Shown one piece after another: positions 31,579 to 42,603 of a stretch of DNA of 64,000 bases. The position numbers and the translations under genes were made by a program. Each line of letters begins with the position of its first letter. Within the stretch, counting starts at the first letter, position 1. The notes under the pieces are model-generated. The model was not told the DNA's origin, searched no databases, and saw nothing but the letters and a program-made list of their open reading frames with translations. Source of the stretch: an uncultured Methanosarcinaceae archaeon. Its GTDB lineage: Archaea; Halobacteriota; Methanosarcinia; Methanosarcinales; Methanosarcinaceae. The DNA is taken from positions 640,001 through 704,000 of the forward strand of contig CAWJYV010000008.1 of assembly GCA_963847185.1 (NCBI GenBank), read 5' to 3'.

Positions 31579-33214
31579 AGCGAGCCCTCTTTTTTATTTC
31601 TTCAACGCGCTTGAGCACATCCTCTGAATCTATAAAAGTACTTTGATACCCTTTTTTGAAAGCTTCTATAAGAGCTTCATGAGCCTGGTGTGTGCTCTCA
31701 AAAGTCTGGAAAAGCACATGAACATCTACACCTCTTGCTTCCAGGCCTTTATCAAAATAAGCAAGCCCGAAGTCCACCAGATATAGCCTCTCGCCTGCAA
31801 GCAGGAGATTTGAGGTGGTCAGGTCTCCGTGTACTATTCCCGAGCTGTGGAGTTTTCCTACAAGTTCCCCTACTTTTTCTGAAATTTCAGGCGTAATCAG
31901 GTACTTTATGGGAACTCCTTCGATAAACTGCATCTTGAGCTTGAAATCTTCTACATCGTAGATAATCGGTGTTGAAACTCCACTGCGCCGGGCTTCAGAC
32001 ATCAGGCGGGCTTCTGTTCGGTTTCTTTCTTTTCTTATCCTTTCATCAATCTCTTTATGCCTGTAGCCCTTGGGAACTCTTTCCTTAACAAGCACTTTCT
32101 TTCCTTCGTGCCCTTCTTCCAGATAAACAACAGCTTCAGCTCCATTATCCAGCATTTCACCGGGAGGTCTATTCAGAAAAGCCTCAGGGGAAATCTCAGG
32201 GACTTTTTTCATTTCTTCTTCTTTGATCCAGGTTACTTTTACATCGTCAGTCCTGAAACTCGGATTTACTCGGGAGTCCTCAAGGGATAGAGTATTTCCT
32301 GACTTATACATGAGAAGCCCGGTATACGCGATCATGGTTCCATTGTCTCCCATAAAGCGTTTTTCAGGAACATAGAATTTTGCACCCCTGGCTTCACACA
32401 TGTCGTTTAGCATCTCCCGAAGCCTTGTGTTTGCTCCTACCCCTCCTGCAAGTAACACCTCTTTTTTCCCAGTGTGGGCAAGGGCGCGTTCTGCAACTTC
32501 CACGACCATTGCAAAAGCCGTTTCTTGATAAGAGTAGCAGACATCTTCAAGAGAAAACTTTTTCAGAGCTTCACTTGCAGCCGTGGAAAGCCCGGAAAAG
32601 GAAAGGTCCATTCCTTTAATTACGTAAGGTAGAGGGATGTAATTCTTTGCATTCTTTGCGTATGCCTCAATCTTGGGCCCTCCGGGATGAGGCAGACCAG
32701 CTCCTCGAGCGAACTTATCAAGGGCGTTCCCAAGCCCTATATCCAGGGTTTCTCCAAATACCCTGTATCTTCCTCCCATATAGGAGATGACCTGGGAATT
32801 AGCCCCGCTTACGTAGAGAACAACAGGATCCTTTGCAGGTGTTCTCCAGATTCCTATTTCGATATGGGAAATGCAATGGTTGACCCCTATCAGGGGAATG
32901 CCAAGGGAGAGAGAAAGCATTCTGGCTGCCGTTGCAACCGTCCTCAGGCATGGCCCAAGACCTGGCCCCTGGGAAAAAGCTATCCCATCAATATCCGAAG
33001 GTTCGACTCCTTTTTCTTTTGCCTCTGCAAGAAGTCTTTTGATCACGCTTGCTGCATATTTTGCATGGTGCTGGGCGGCTTCTCTTGGATGAATTCCGCC
33101 AGTTTCGGGTTTGTAGGTTTCCGTGACTTCGGCAATTATCTCAGTCTCGGTCACGATTGCGGCACTCAGGTTCCAGGCAGTACCTTCAATCCCAAGGATG
33201 AACGTGTTTTTCAA
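31571..33214 (-). CDS. kae1: Bifunctional KEOPS Kae1-Bud32 (t6A synthase / Ser-Thr kinase)
   Basis: LGIEGTA, GGIHP, HCISH, VSGANSQ and DNGTMIA, then GAEA, HGDLTTSN and DFGL. Confidence 0.96.
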   Translation of the reverse strand: MKNTFILGIEGTAWNLSAAIVTETEIIAEVTETYKPETGGIHPREAAQHHAKYAASVIKRLLAEAKEKGVEPSDIDGIAFSQGPGLGPCLRTVATAARMLSLSLGIPLIGVNHCISHIEIGIWRTPAKDPVVLYVSGANSQVISYMGGRYRVFGETLDIGLGNALDKFARGAGLPHPGGPKIEAYAKNAKNYIPLPYVIKGMDLSFSGLSTAASEALKKFSLEDVCYSYQETAFAMVVEVAERALAHTGKKEVLLAGGVGANTRLREMLNDMCEARGAKFYVPEKRFMGDNGTMIAYTGLLMYKSGNTLSLEDSRVNPSFRTDDVKVTWIKEEEMKKVPEISPEAFLNRPPGEMLDNGAEAVVYLEEGHEGKKVLVKERVPKGYRHKEIDERIRKERNRTEARLMSEARRSGVSTPIIYDVEDFKLKMQFIEGVPIKYLITPEISEKVGELVGKLHSSGIVHGDLTTSNLLLAGERLYLVDFGLAYFDKGLEARGVDVHVLFQTFESTHQAHEALIEAFKKGYQSTFIDSEDVLKRVEEIKKRARYA

Positions 33215-33343
33215 GGCTTACGATCTCCTTCAAGTCCTTTTCCTCTGTTTGCTGTCACTGCCTTCGATAATAATGGAGAGAGCTTATATACATTTGCTTT
33301 TCTCACATCCGGAAAAAAGATCTTCCAGGTTTCGCTCAGACCT

Positions 33344-36300
33344 TTAGAAGTTTACAAGCTTTTGTATGCTTTCTTCCATGGGTTCGAGAGAGAATAAATC
33401 TTTTTTTAGCTTCTCCGTAAATTCTTCGAGAATAGTTGCAGGAATATCGAAATCCAGAGGCGGAGGAGAAAGCGGCTCAAGTTCAAGTTCCCTTTTTTCC
33501 TGCCTAACGGCACTGAACTCCGGAAGTACCAGAATGGCAAGCAAAAACAGGATGAGAGTCGCGTACTCTCTGCCATAATTTGCCCATGAGATATATTCTG
33601 CACCTGTGAAAGAAAATATCTGATTTATGACAGATACTGGCCAGGAAATAAGAGGAAGGGGCGAGGCTGCGGGATGGGAAAGCAGCAGACTGAGTAATAA
33701 AAGAAGAATAACTCCAAAGCCTGTTTTTTTGAGCAGGCTGTGTGGCTTGGCATTAAGCCACCACTCCCACCAGGCAGGCTTTAAAGGACCTGCACTAACT
33801 TTTTTAAGAAGGATTGAGGCAGATATTCTTATCTCATCTGAAGCTTTTATTTTCATGCATTCTTCAAGCTTTTCGGCGGATTTTCGGAAATAACGAGCTC
33901 TGCAGTAAAAAAGGCCAAGGAAATAAAGTGCATAAGCTTTCAGTTCATTGTCTCTCTGACAGGCGGGTGCATTCTCAAGTTTTCCTGTAGCTGCAAGCAG
34001 CATATACCTGAAACGTGCACTCCCCTCATCAAAAGATATCTCTGCATACATATACCTGGCATAAGCCTCCCAGAGCAGGAGTTTCTGGTTCTCTGTATCC
34101 AGGGCGAGAGCTCTCCTGAAAGATTCAAGAGCATCCTCACAGGCCTGTTCCTCAAGCTCTATTCTGCCTTTCAAGAATCTTGAGTATACGTTATCAGGAG
34201 CTTCAGAGATCGAAACCTCCAGTTCTCTTAACGCTCCTCTGCTGTTTCCTAATTTAAAATAAAGTTCTGCAAGCCCATTTCTGGCATGGAAATTTTTAGG
34301 GTTTAGTTCTGTTGCCTTCCTGTAGGCCCAAAGGGATTTCTTGAAATCCTCAAGCTTTGAGCAGGTAAAACCCAGAAGGCAGAAAGGTATATCAGAGTCA
34401 CTGTCCATTGCAGTATTTTCGAGGATGTATCTGGCCGTTATGAAATCCTCCATCCTGATAAGGGCAAAAGCTTTCAAGAGTGAAACCTGGGAATTTTCAG
34501 GATCAAAGGCAAGAATTCCGTCAAACACTTCCACGGCTTTTTCCCATTCTTTCAGGTGCGTGAAAACAAGGCCTTTTCCGGAACATGCAACTTTTCCGTT
34601 TGTGGAAATCTTTCTAGCACTCTCAAAAACTTTCAGGGCATCTTCGTACCTGCCAAGAGCATCCAGAGAAAAACCCTTAGCAATTCTGAGCGTTTCCATC
34701 TGGGATTTTTTCTCAGCCGAGCCCAAAGCCCAGGATTTTTCCTTTTCATTATTTTCCTTTCCATTATCTTCCTTTCCATTATCTTTCTTCCCTGGTTTTT
34801 CTGCAACTGTAGTTGCATAAATAGCCTCTTCTGCCTTTTGGAAAGTATTCAGAGCTTCTTCGAATCTTTCAAGACACATCAAAGTAATTCCTCTGTAAAT
34901 CAACGAATAAGAGTCTTCAGATTCGATTTTTATGGCATTATCAAAAGATTTCAGAGCCTCCTTATATTCTCCAAGCTTGGCAAAAGCAAGCCCTCTGTAT
35001 TTCCAGCTTTTGTTTCCGATTTTTTCTTCAGGAATTTTTCCTGATAACTCAAGGTATTTCTTAAAAGCTGTTTGAGGCTGATTGTCAAGAGACTCCTCAA
35101 AGCCCTTTTTTCGACACTTGAGTCTGGAAAGAACGACTCCCCGGTTGTAGCGAGCTGACACACTTTCATAATCAAGTGAAAGAAGCGCCTCGTAGGCTTT
35201 AAGGGCCTCACTGTACCTTCCGAGTTTACAAAATGAGTTTCCTTTTCCGTTCAAGGCAAAGGCATTTTCCGGATCAAGCATAAGAGCTTGCTTGAAAGCC
35301 TTGACGGCTTCGGAATAATCTTTAAGCTTATAGTATGCTTCTCCAAGGCCACTCATGGTACAACTATCTGCAGGCCCAAGGGAGAGAGCTTTTTCATAAG
35401 CCTGCAACGCTTCAGAATATCTTTCCATACCCAGAAGACAGCTACCTGTTCCTGACCAGCTTTCTGAACTTCCGAAATCAGATTCAAGGGCTTTTCTGAA
35501 GGAATCAAGGGATTCCTGATAATTTCCAAGAGCCAGCAGGGCTTTTCCTTTGCCTATTTCTGCTTCTATTAGAGAGTTGTCCAGTTGAAGCGCACTCTCA
35601 AAAGTCTCAAAAGCTTCTTTGTACCTGCCCAGACTTCCGAGCAATCTTCCTTTTTCGACCCTATTCATAGTGTTTCCTGACTCAAGAATAAGGCTTCTTT
35701 CAAAAGCTCCAAGAGCTTCTTCTTTTTTCCCCATACTTTCAAGGATCTTACCCTTGATTTCCCAGGCGGCTGCAGATGCAGGTCCCAGTTCAAGAGCTTT
35801 TTCACATGAGCTCAAAGCTTCTTTTCCTCTGTCAAGGGCGAGGTACGCTTTTGCCTCCCCTTCCCATGCTCCCGCATGTGAGGATTCGAGTATAAGGGTC
35901 CTTCCATAAGCCTCAAGAGCTTCCTCATTTCTCCCAAGGGTAGAAAGGGTTGCCCCCCTATGGTACCAGGCTTTCAGATTTTCTGGGTTAAGTTCGGCAG
36001 CTTTCGTAAAAGCATTAAGAGCTTCTTCACATCTCGATAACTGGTTTAAAACGAGCCCGCTGTAGAAAAGAGCACCACTATGCTCTGCGTCCCTCTCAAG
36101 TACACCCTCAAACTCTTGAAGAGCCTGTTCGGGCATATTCAGATAGCCTAATGTAAACCCTTTGAAATAACGGGTAGGAACATTGTCAGGATCAAGTTCA
36201 AGAGATTTATCAAAAGCTCCAAGAGCTTCTTCAGGATGATCCAGGTAAAGAAATATATTCCCCTTGTATTGCCATGCGATATTGTCCTCGGGGTTTACCT

Positions 36301-36421
36301 CAAGTACGGCATCAAAAGCTTCGAGTGCTTTCTCAAAGCTTTTTTCTGACCCAATTTGATTTTTTAGACTTAAAAGAGCAATGGCTTTACCGTACCAGGC
36401 TCTGGCATATAGAGAGTTCAT
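33344..36421 (-). CDS. Large TPR-repeat protein with C-terminal WWxWW motif and two TM segments
   Basis: Many W..G..L..L...EEAL..F..AL...P repeats and a hydrophobic C-terminus. Confidence 0.9.
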   Translation of the reverse strand: MNSLYARAWYGKAIALLSLKNQIGSEKSFEKALEAFDAVLEVNPEDNIAWQYKGNIFLYLDHPEEALGAFDKSLELDPDNVPTRYFKGFTLGYLNMPEQALQEFEGVLERDAEHSGALFYSGLVLNQLSRCEEALNAFTKAAELNPENLKAWYHRGATLSTLGRNEEALEAYGRTLILESSHAGAWEGEAKAYLALDRGKEALSSCEKALELGPASAAAWEIKGKILESMGKKEEALGAFERSLILESGNTMNRVEKGRLLGSLGRYKEAFETFESALQLDNSLIEAEIGKGKALLALGNYQESLDSFRKALESDFGSSESWSGTGSCLLGMERYSEALQAYEKALSLGPADSCTMSGLGEAYYKLKDYSEAVKAFKQALMLDPENAFALNGKGNSFCKLGRYSEALKAYEALLSLDYESVSARYNRGVVLSRLKCRKKGFEESLDNQPQTAFKKYLELSGKIPEEKIGNKSWKYRGLAFAKLGEYKEALKSFDNAIKIESEDSYSLIYRGITLMCLERFEEALNTFQKAEEAIYATTVAEKPGKKDNGKEDNGKENNEKEKSWALGSAEKKSQMETLRIAKGFSLDALGRYEDALKVFESARKISTNGKVACSGKGLVFTHLKEWEKAVEVFDGILAFDPENSQVSLLKAFALIRMEDFITARYILENTAMDSDSDIPFCLLGFTCSKLEDFKKSLWAYRKATELNPKNFHARNGLAELYFKLGNSRGALRELEVSISEAPDNVYSRFLKGRIELEEQACEDALESFRRALALDTENQKLLLWEAYARYMYAEISFDEGSARFRYMLLAATGKLENAPACQRDNELKAYALYFLGLFYCRARYFRKSAEKLEECMKIKASDEIRISASILLKKVSAGPLKPAWWEWWLNAKPHSLLKKTGFGVILLLLLSLLLSHPAASPLPLISWPVSVINQIFSFTGAEYISWANYGREYATLILFLLAILVLPEFSAVRQEKRELELEPLSPPPLDFDIPATILEEFTEKLKKDLFSLEPMEESIQKLVNF

Positions 36422-37270
36422 AGGGCCTCGAAAATTTTGAGTAAAATTAGCTCATATATATGGTAGTTATTATAAATATGGGTATATGATGCCTATTATA
36501 AATAGAGGTGCAGAAAAGAATTACTGATTTACTTCTCTGACCGTTTATACGAATCTTTTGAACTCAGGAATTGTCGAATTCATTAATAAAGAGACGTCTC
36601 AATAGAAGCAAAAATTTAATGAAAAGAAATCTCAACCGAAACAAAGATCTAAGAAAAAAGTCTCAGAAGAAAAAGACTGAGGAAAAGAAATTTCGACAGA
36701 AAATAAAGATTTAAGAAAAAGAAGTCTCAGCAAAATCTTAGCATAAATAAAGACTACGAAAATAAAGGTTAGATAATACCGGTTTTACTTTTCCTTTCTT
36801 TCCGGCGGCAGTTTGAAGATCAGCCTGACATTTTTTAAAGTCAGGTTCTTTATAATTAAGGATTTTGATCCCAAACCTTTTATTCTCAGGCTTTCGATGT
36901 GAGAATCTTTTATTGTAACTATTTTTGTTCTGGTTTTTTCTTCAGACATGTTTTTCCCCTTTTCTTTCTATACTGCCTTTTCCCTGTTCCGGGATCTTAT
37001 TCATGACTAAATATAATATTCTGAAAATAAACTATTTTCCGTCCACTGATTTAAAATTGAGCATTAAGTACCAGGATTCCCTATTTTTCAGCTTTTAGAA
37101 AACTCAGGAAATTGTGAGAAATTAAATTGCGAGAAATTAAAGAAGGAATCGAACTAGAAAAGGATAAATGTGTGATAACATCTGAAGAAATCAGAGAAGT
37201 TTTCTTTTAAAAAGATGTGAGTGAAAGGAACCGCAGGGAAAGTTCTGCGGCTCAGATTGAAAAATAAATT

Positions 37271-37292
37271 AATTTGGTTCTTGAACCAAATT
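37271..37292 (-). terminator. Hairpin immediately after rps27ae
   Basis: aatttggttc-tt-gaaccaaatt; the minus strand continues into TTTATTTTT. Confidence 0.55.
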
Positions 37293-37440
37293 ATTTCTTG
37301 AATTCGGTATAGCCGCACTTTCCGCAGGCAAGGCGGTTTCTGTGGTCGGCAAGGAATATACCTGGTCCGCATCTGGGACAGAACTGTTTGAGTCTGGTTA
37401 CGGAGTCTCCCTGGACTTTGTAGTAATCTTTTACTGCCAT
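37291..37440 (-). CDS. rps27ae: 30S ribosomal protein S27ae (eS31)
   Basis: 49 aa, below the ORF-track cutoff: [58 protein letters not shown]; follows rps24e. Confidence 0.96.
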   Translation of the reverse strand: MAVKDYYKVQGDSVTRLKQFCPRCGPGIFLADHRNRLACGKCGYTEFKK

Positions 37441-37461
37441 GTATATGCACCTCTGTAAGGC

Positions 37462-37767
37462 TTAAGCCTCTTCTCCCTCAGGTTCTGCTCCCGGACCCGG
37501 GTTTCTTTTCAGGACGTATTCCAGTTCTACTTCTTTCATGCGGCCTGCATCTTCGTAGAGTTTGGCATAGCCCTTTCCTTCCTGCATACCGTACTCGGTT
37601 TTGATCCTCTGGATAACCAGCAGTTCAAGGGGGGCATTCAACATTGCAGCGAGTTTATTCCTGATATCATTTCTGGAAGGGGTCGAACCTTCATATTTCA
37701 CAACGAAATCCAGTTCCCTTCTGTTTAAAAGTGGATTTTTTTTGTCTTTAAGGATCTTTATGTCCAT
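37462..37767 (-). CDS. rps24e: 30S ribosomal protein S24e
   Basis: [12 protein letters not shown] and YVLKRN; conserved operon position. Confidence 0.96.
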   Translation of the reverse strand: MDIKILKDKKNPLLNRRELDFVVKYEGSTPSRNDIRNKLAAMLNAPLELLVIQRIKTEYGMQEGKGYAKLYEDAGRMKEVELEYVLKRNPGPGAEPEGEEA

Positions 37768-38335
37768 CTAAAATTCTCCGTATTTTATCTAATTCATAAT
37801 TCTGATTTTTGCTGACGAGCTTTTCAAACAGAGCCCTTATTTCTTCTTTTTTCTCCTCAGTGACCTTTACGAAGACCACACCTTCATCAGGCTGCCCGTA
37901 CAGAACCACAGCACCAAGGGGTGCCATCAGGATTACCGGAAGGGTTGCCAGATCCTCTTCTCCCCTTACAAAAATCCGGAGAGGCTTTTCGAAGGTAAAG
38001 GCTTCTGAAAGGGTTTTAATTAACTCATCAGTGATAATCCCTGCAGGATTGTCCACAGACACTTCATCATAGACATTATCCCTGTTCCGGGCCGAGACAT
38101 TGCTGGAAACCGGTTGCCTTTTGGTACGGTCGTCCACAATACAGATGTCCGGAGTAATCCCGGCTTCGAGCAGGTGGAAGGTAGTAACATCCCCTACGGA
38201 TATAAGTTTTGTGGGGCTTGCAAGTTCCCCTACAAACTTTTCTATGGTATCCCTACCCTTCCCCACATAGAGCTTACCCAGGGGTTTTTTCATTAGTGGG
38301 CGTAATTCTCTTGGAAGTTCAATATGAACACTCAA
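37748..38335 (-). CDS. GTP-dependent dephospho-CoA kinase (DUF359/UPF0218)
   Basis: VGDVTT, NPAGIIT, GEEDLA and LYGQPDEG. Confidence 0.9.
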   Translation of the reverse strand: MSVHIELPRELRPLMKKPLGKLYVGKGRDTIEKFVGELASPTKLISVGDVTTFHLLEAGITPDICIVDDRTKRQPVSSNVSARNRDNVYDEVSVDNPAGIITDELIKTLSEAFTFEKPLRIFVRGEEDLATLPVILMAPLGAVVLYGQPDEGVVFVKVTEEKKEEIRALFEKLVSKNQNYELDKIRRILDGHKDP

Positions 38336-38336
38336 A

Positions 38337-38522
38337 TCAGCGCACCTTCAGAGCAAATCTATCAGGGATGTCAACCCCGAGCTTTTTTGCTATTTCTGAG
38401 CGTTCCGCATCCAAGATGATTACAAGTCCACTCCATTCTTCTGCAAGGTCCGAAGTCCCGCAAATAGGGCAATTTTGCCCTTCCAGGACCCTCATACAGT
38501 GTCTACACACTTTTTCTGCCAT
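38337..38522 (-). CDS. spt4: Transcription elongation factor Spt4 (RpoE2)
   Basis: CRHC...CPICG, WSGLVII and SEIAKKLG. Confidence 0.95.
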   Translation of the reverse strand: MAEKVCRHCMRVLEGQNCPICGTSDLAEEWSGLVIILDAERSEIAKKLGVDIPDRFALKVR

Positions 38523-38548
38523 TGCAAATCCTCTCCTATTAAGGCAGC

Positions 38549-39121
38549 TTATTCAGTATTTCCTTGAGGCTGATTCTTTTTACGGGCTTCTTCAAGCCAC
38601 TGCAATTTACCAAGAGCAGTCTGACGCATGGTAAGTCCTATTTTACTTTCTTTGGGTTCCCTTTCATTGATGCTTACAGCAACAACTCTGGCCCTTACAT
38701 GGTCTCCTTCGGCAATGGCCTTACCTCCGTTTTTCGTTACAAGCCTTGCATTCTTGGCATCGTATGAAATAAAGTCGTCAGTAATCTGGCTGACGTGAAG
38801 CAGTCCATCCATTGGTCCCATTCCTATGAAAACTCCAAAACCAACGGTTTCTACAACTTCACCTTCAATAATTTCCTGGAGCTCAGGCACAAACATAATG
38901 GCTTCGAATGTTACATCGTAATATACTGCCCCGTCTCCTACAAGGATATGCCCTTCTCCTACCTCGTCGATCTTGCAAATCGCGACAAGGGACCCCAGTT
39001 TTTTGTCAACCTGGCCCTCGAGTTTTTCTCTTAACGCGTTTTTTACAGTTGGCATCACCTCTTCCCCTAACAGGGTTGGAGGGATACGCACAGTATCAAC
39101 GAGTCTCATCATTTTATACAT
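38549..39121 (-). CDS. rpoE1: RNA polymerase subunit Rpo7 (E')
   Basis: DTVRIPP, GDGAVYY, S1 domain GLLHVSQI and LTMRQTALGK. Confidence 0.96.
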   Translation of the reverse strand: MYKMMRLVDTVRIPPTLLGEEVMPTVKNALREKLEGQVDKKLGSLVAICKIDEVGEGHILVGDGAVYYDVTFEAIMFVPELQEIIEGEVVETVGFGVFIGMGPMDGLLHVSQITDDFISYDAKNARLVTKNGGKAIAEGDHVRARVVAVSINEREPKESKIGLTMRQTALGKLQWLEEARKKNQPQGNTE

Positions 39122-39181
39122 CTGCTAATCACCCGTAAACAAAATTGATTGCAACGCTGTCCGGAAAATCCGGTGGGTCTT

Positions 39182-39547
39182 TCAGGCAATGTCCAGTTTG
39201 TTTCTCTGGCGCAGGGATATGGTCTGAATCCCTGCTTCGGCAAGCCTGCGCTTCAACCCTATATCGTTTGTCAGGACAGCCGAATCCATCTCTTTTGCAA
39301 GTCTTAGAATTACGTCGTCCGCAGGGCCTGTAGCAGCTATGCGTTCGCACCTGCCCATCATGGACCTGGCAACTTTTGCGGCTATCCTGTTTGAACCTTT
39401 TTCCCGCTTTATGAGTTTTTCTATCTCGAATACTACAGCTTCAGGCACAAAGAATTCATTAAATCCCAATCTCCTCAGCTCTTCGAAAATATCCACTCCA
39501 AACTGGACAGGGATCATGAATCCATTAGTGTCGATTATAACCTTCAA
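39182..39547 (-). CDS. PIN-domain nuclease (Fcf1/Utp24-like)
   Basis: VIIDTN, ADD and TND; conserved position after eif2g. Confidence 0.9.
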   Translation of the reverse strand: MKVIIDTNGFMIPVQFGVDIFEELRRLGFNEFFVPEAVVFEIEKLIKREKGSNRIAAKVARSMMGRCERIAATGPADDVILRLAKEMDSAVLTNDIGLKRRLAEAGIQTISLRQRNKLDIA

Positions 39548-40770
39548 CTCTTAATTACCCCTACCCCAATGAGCCTCCAGCGAGAGTCAATTCTCCTGCT
39601 GATAGCAACTCTTGACCCGACAGCCGCACTTACAGGACGCTTCAATGCCACTTGTGCTTCATTTTTCCTGGCACTTGTGACAACTCCTACAGTAGTAGCA
39701 GTGCCTATGTTGAGCATAAGAGGTTCACTGGTCTTGATTTCGTTGATCTTTTCTTCTCTTGTAACTCCTACGACCCTGTCGAGCAGGTGTAATTCCATAA
39801 CAAACTGGTGTCTGGTCTCAGGAAGGGTACCTGGTTTTCCTGCCATCTGTCCCGTCAAAGAGTCACCTTTTGTCAGGGTAGGGTCAAGATAAGTTCCTAC
39901 AGCCAGAAGGCCTCCTGGAGTTGCTTCTTCTACTTTTGTCGCGCCTGCAAAGATAGACGAAACCGTTGTAAGAATGGGAATCCACCTAGTAGTGCCTTCG
40001 GTTGTGACCTTAATTCCTGGCCTTATTTCTAGTTCATCACCAGGATGAAGCAGGCCTTCTGTAAGAGTGCCTCCAATAACTCCTCCACGGATCTCCTCAA
40101 TTGAAGCACCTGGTTTATTGATATCAAAAGACCTGGCAATCAGCATACTTGCAGGTTTATCCACTTTGTGGACAGGAGTAGGGATCTGGGTTTCAAGAGC
40201 ATCTATTAAGACATCAATGTTAATGTTCTGCTGGGCAGAAATCGGGATAATAGGTGCGTCTTCTGCAACCGTGCCTTTGACAAACTCCTTTATCTGATGG
40301 TAATTCTCGATGATTTGTTCTTTTGATGCAAGGTCAATTTTATTCTGGACTATTACAATATTTTTAATTCCAATTATGTCCAGGGCCATCAGATGTTCTT
40401 TTGTCTGGGGCTGTGGGCAGTCTTCATTTGCGGCAATTACCAGTACCGCTCCGTCCATAATTGCGGCTCCTGAGAGCATGGTTGCCATCAGGGTTTCGTG
40501 CCCTGGAGCGTCTACGAAAGACACTGTTCTATGCTCTTCGGTCTGTTCTCCACAGTTAGGGCAGGTCTTTTCCACAGTATAACACTGAGGTGTAGGGCAT
40601 CTGGGGCATTTCATAAATGGAACGTCTGCATACCCCAGTCTGATAGAAATTCCTCTTTTTACTTCTTCACTATGCGTATCTGTCCACACGCCAGATAGGG
40701 CTTTAACAAGTGTGGTTTTTCCATGGTCGACATGACCTACCATGCCGATATTAACACAAGGCTGACTCAA
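39544..40770 (-). CDS. eif2g: Translation initiation factor 2 gamma subunit
   Basis: [28 protein letters not shown] and WRLIG. Confidence 0.97.
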   Translation of the reverse strand: MSQPCVNIGMVGHVDHGKTTLVKALSGVWTDTHSEEVKRGISIRLGYADVPFMKCPRCPTPQCYTVEKTCPNCGEQTEEHRTVSFVDAPGHETLMATMLSGAAIMDGAVLVIAANEDCPQPQTKEHLMALDIIGIKNIVIVQNKIDLASKEQIIENYHQIKEFVKGTVAEDAPIIPISAQQNINIDVLIDALETQIPTPVHKVDKPASMLIARSFDINKPGASIEEIRGGVIGGTLTEGLLHPGDELEIRPGIKVTTEGTTRWIPILTTVSSIFAGATKVEEATPGGLLAVGTYLDPTLTKGDSLTGQMAGKPGTLPETRHQFVMELHLLDRVVGVTREEKINEIKTSEPLMLNIGTATTVGVVTSARKNEAQVALKRPVSAAVGSRVAISRRIDSRWRLIGVGVIKS

Positions 40771-40946
40771 GTTGTAATTTCCTCCAGTAAAGTGAAGCTA
40801 ATCCGATAGAAGGCAGATGTTTATCCGTAAATCCGTAGTATAAAGAATTTGTATTGCTTTTTTCAGCGAATCCGCAGCTTCCAACCCTAAACTCATCTGA
40901 TCCGCAATTTGAACTGCAAATTAGAAGTTAAAGTGAGATTTTTGCT

Positions 40947-41030
40947 GGATGCGGGCTTTAAAATAAGCCCTGAATCCTTCCCCGGCCCATAAGTAAATTA
41001 TGGATTTCCGTACTCGGAAACCCGGGCAAG
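40947..41030. ncRNA. Candidate structured RNA (hairpin plus three-way junction) upstream of eif2g
   Basis: Stems cccgg/ccggg, ccataa/ttatgg, tttccg/cggaaa and gggctt/aagccc read by eye. Confidence 0.35.
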
Positions 41031-41146
41031 TTATATCATAAATTATTTTTATCGAAGCTTGAATCTTGCAGATTCCGGCGATACTTTTAAAGTTTACGGT
41101 ATCCTATATAATTCATATCTACTAATGCCGGAAAGCCTTAATAAAT

Positions 41147-42316
41147 TTATGTGACGATCATATCGAGCTTCTCAAGTTCCAGGGCACGCCGGATCTCAAA
41201 GGCGAGCCTTCTTCCAGTGCTCATTGGCCTTCTCCAGAGAGAGTTGCCGTAAGAGTGCCCGACTGACATGTGGACATTAGTTCCGCCACCTACTCTTGGG
41301 GCCACATCATAAATATAGAAGTTCAGATCCTTATCCACACAGGTCTGAAGGCAGAAAGGTCCTATAATCCCTGGAGCGTAATGTTCTTGCGTAGCTTTCA
41401 CATACTTTTCCCCCATCTCAAAGACCTTCTCGAGAAGAGACTCACGAAGCGTTGCAGAGTTATGCCCGCAGACCGTGTATTCAGGCGTTAACTGGTGCTC
41501 TGCCAGGGCCATCTGCTGGGGAGCAGGAAGCCTTACGTGCCCATCAAGACTGGTCTCAAAGCGCCAATCCACACCAAGAAGTTCCAGTTTGCTCATTTTC
41601 GGTTCGATTGGAGAATAGAACATATCAAGGTTAAACACAGGACCTATGATATAACGTTCTATCCTGGCACTTTCAAGGGCTTCTCGCGTAATAACTCCCT
41701 GTTTTATGAGCGCTTCAGATTTCTCCTGGTATTCTCTATAGCTTGAAGCGGTGAAAAATCCTCTTTCCAGCTTCTTTACCGCATGCGGGAGTTTGACCAT
41801 TACCAGTTCATTAATATCCTTCGGAGATTCTATTTTTTCCGGAAAAGGAAGGCCTGCTTTTTCCAGAATCCAGTAATAACTCTGCTGTTCGCTTCTTTCC
41901 TCACTTCTGAGAAGGTTTCTGCTTCCTACAAGAGGTACCCTGAAGTTTTCTTCGATCTCATCTATGCTGCAGTAGGAGGTAAAAGAGCGGTTAGGAATAA
42001 AGAGCACATTCTCATCAACCAGTTTTTTCTGGTTCTGAGGCAGGAGGATTTCATTATATTTATTAAAAATAACGGTTTCGTCAACAATCCCCCGTTTTAT
42101 TCTCCCGTAAGGGTCTCTTTGGGCCCTGAAATATTCGCTGTAAGTCTTTTCCCGGCCAGCCTGACAGATTGCAAGTGTCCTGAACTCTTCTTCAACTGCT
42201 CCATCACATATATCAAGCCCTGAGTGAGAGGCTATAGTTCCTACTTTTATCTTATCAGCATGTGTATAGTAATCTTCAACAATTTCCTTAATTTCTGTCC
42301 TGTCAATCATATACAA
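41147..42316 (-). CDS. purP: PurP-family ATP-grasp protein (formate-dependent AICAR ligase-like)
   Basis: IASHSGLD, PNRSF, ERGFF, LRESLLE, IGPFCLQ and APRVGGGTN. Confidence 0.88.
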   Translation of the reverse strand: MYMIDRTEIKEIVEDYYTHADKIKVGTIASHSGLDICDGAVEEEFRTLAICQAGREKTYSEYFRAQRDPYGRIKRGIVDETVIFNKYNEILLPQNQKKLVDENVLFIPNRSFTSYCSIDEIEENFRVPLVGSRNLLRSEERSEQQSYYWILEKAGLPFPEKIESPKDINELVMVKLPHAVKKLERGFFTASSYREYQEKSEALIKQGVITREALESARIERYIIGPVFNLDMFYSPIEPKMSKLELLGVDWRFETSLDGHVRLPAPQQMALAEHQLTPEYTVCGHNSATLRESLLEKVFEMGEKYVKATQEHYAPGIIGPFCLQTCVDKDLNFYIYDVAPRVGGGTNVHMSVGHSYGNSLWRRPMSTGRRLAFEIRRALELEKLDMIVT

Positions 42317-42603
42317 TATCCTCGAATTTAGAAAAATTTCCTTTAATGAGTGATGATAATTATGAGTTTCGAAACCTGAGATTCAAACGGAGATATTCCG
42401 AAATACAAACCTAGAGAACACTGCAGGTTCTATGAGATGGAAGCTATGATAGGATTTTTTCACATAAACAGCTTTACCTATTAAAACCCTTTCTAATAGA
42501 AATAATCATTTATATAATAGAGGACAGATCAGAGAGGGTATATATAATAAGGCAGGTAGGTCAGAGAAGAGATTATGCTTCTCTTCCTGAGCTCTCCAGG
42601 CTT

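Noticed and set aside
31571-33214. Kae1-Bud32 fusion as a novelty
   Set aside because: This fusion is well known in methanogens and haloarchaea.
34740-34792. 15-bp repeats in the TPR gene (KDNGK-EDNGK-ENNEK), and the VIEKQG duplication at the GT4 C-terminus
   Set aside because: In-frame slippage expansions in loops or tails with no sign of function.
36590-37140. A-rich degenerate repeats (also 7680-7830, 30100-30300 and 57040-57300)
   Set aside because: Typical low-complexity intergenic sequence of this genus; no terminal inverted repeats or transposase seen.
37154-37450. 98-aa ORF
   Set aside because: It is an alternative frame over the real rps27ae (37291-37440).
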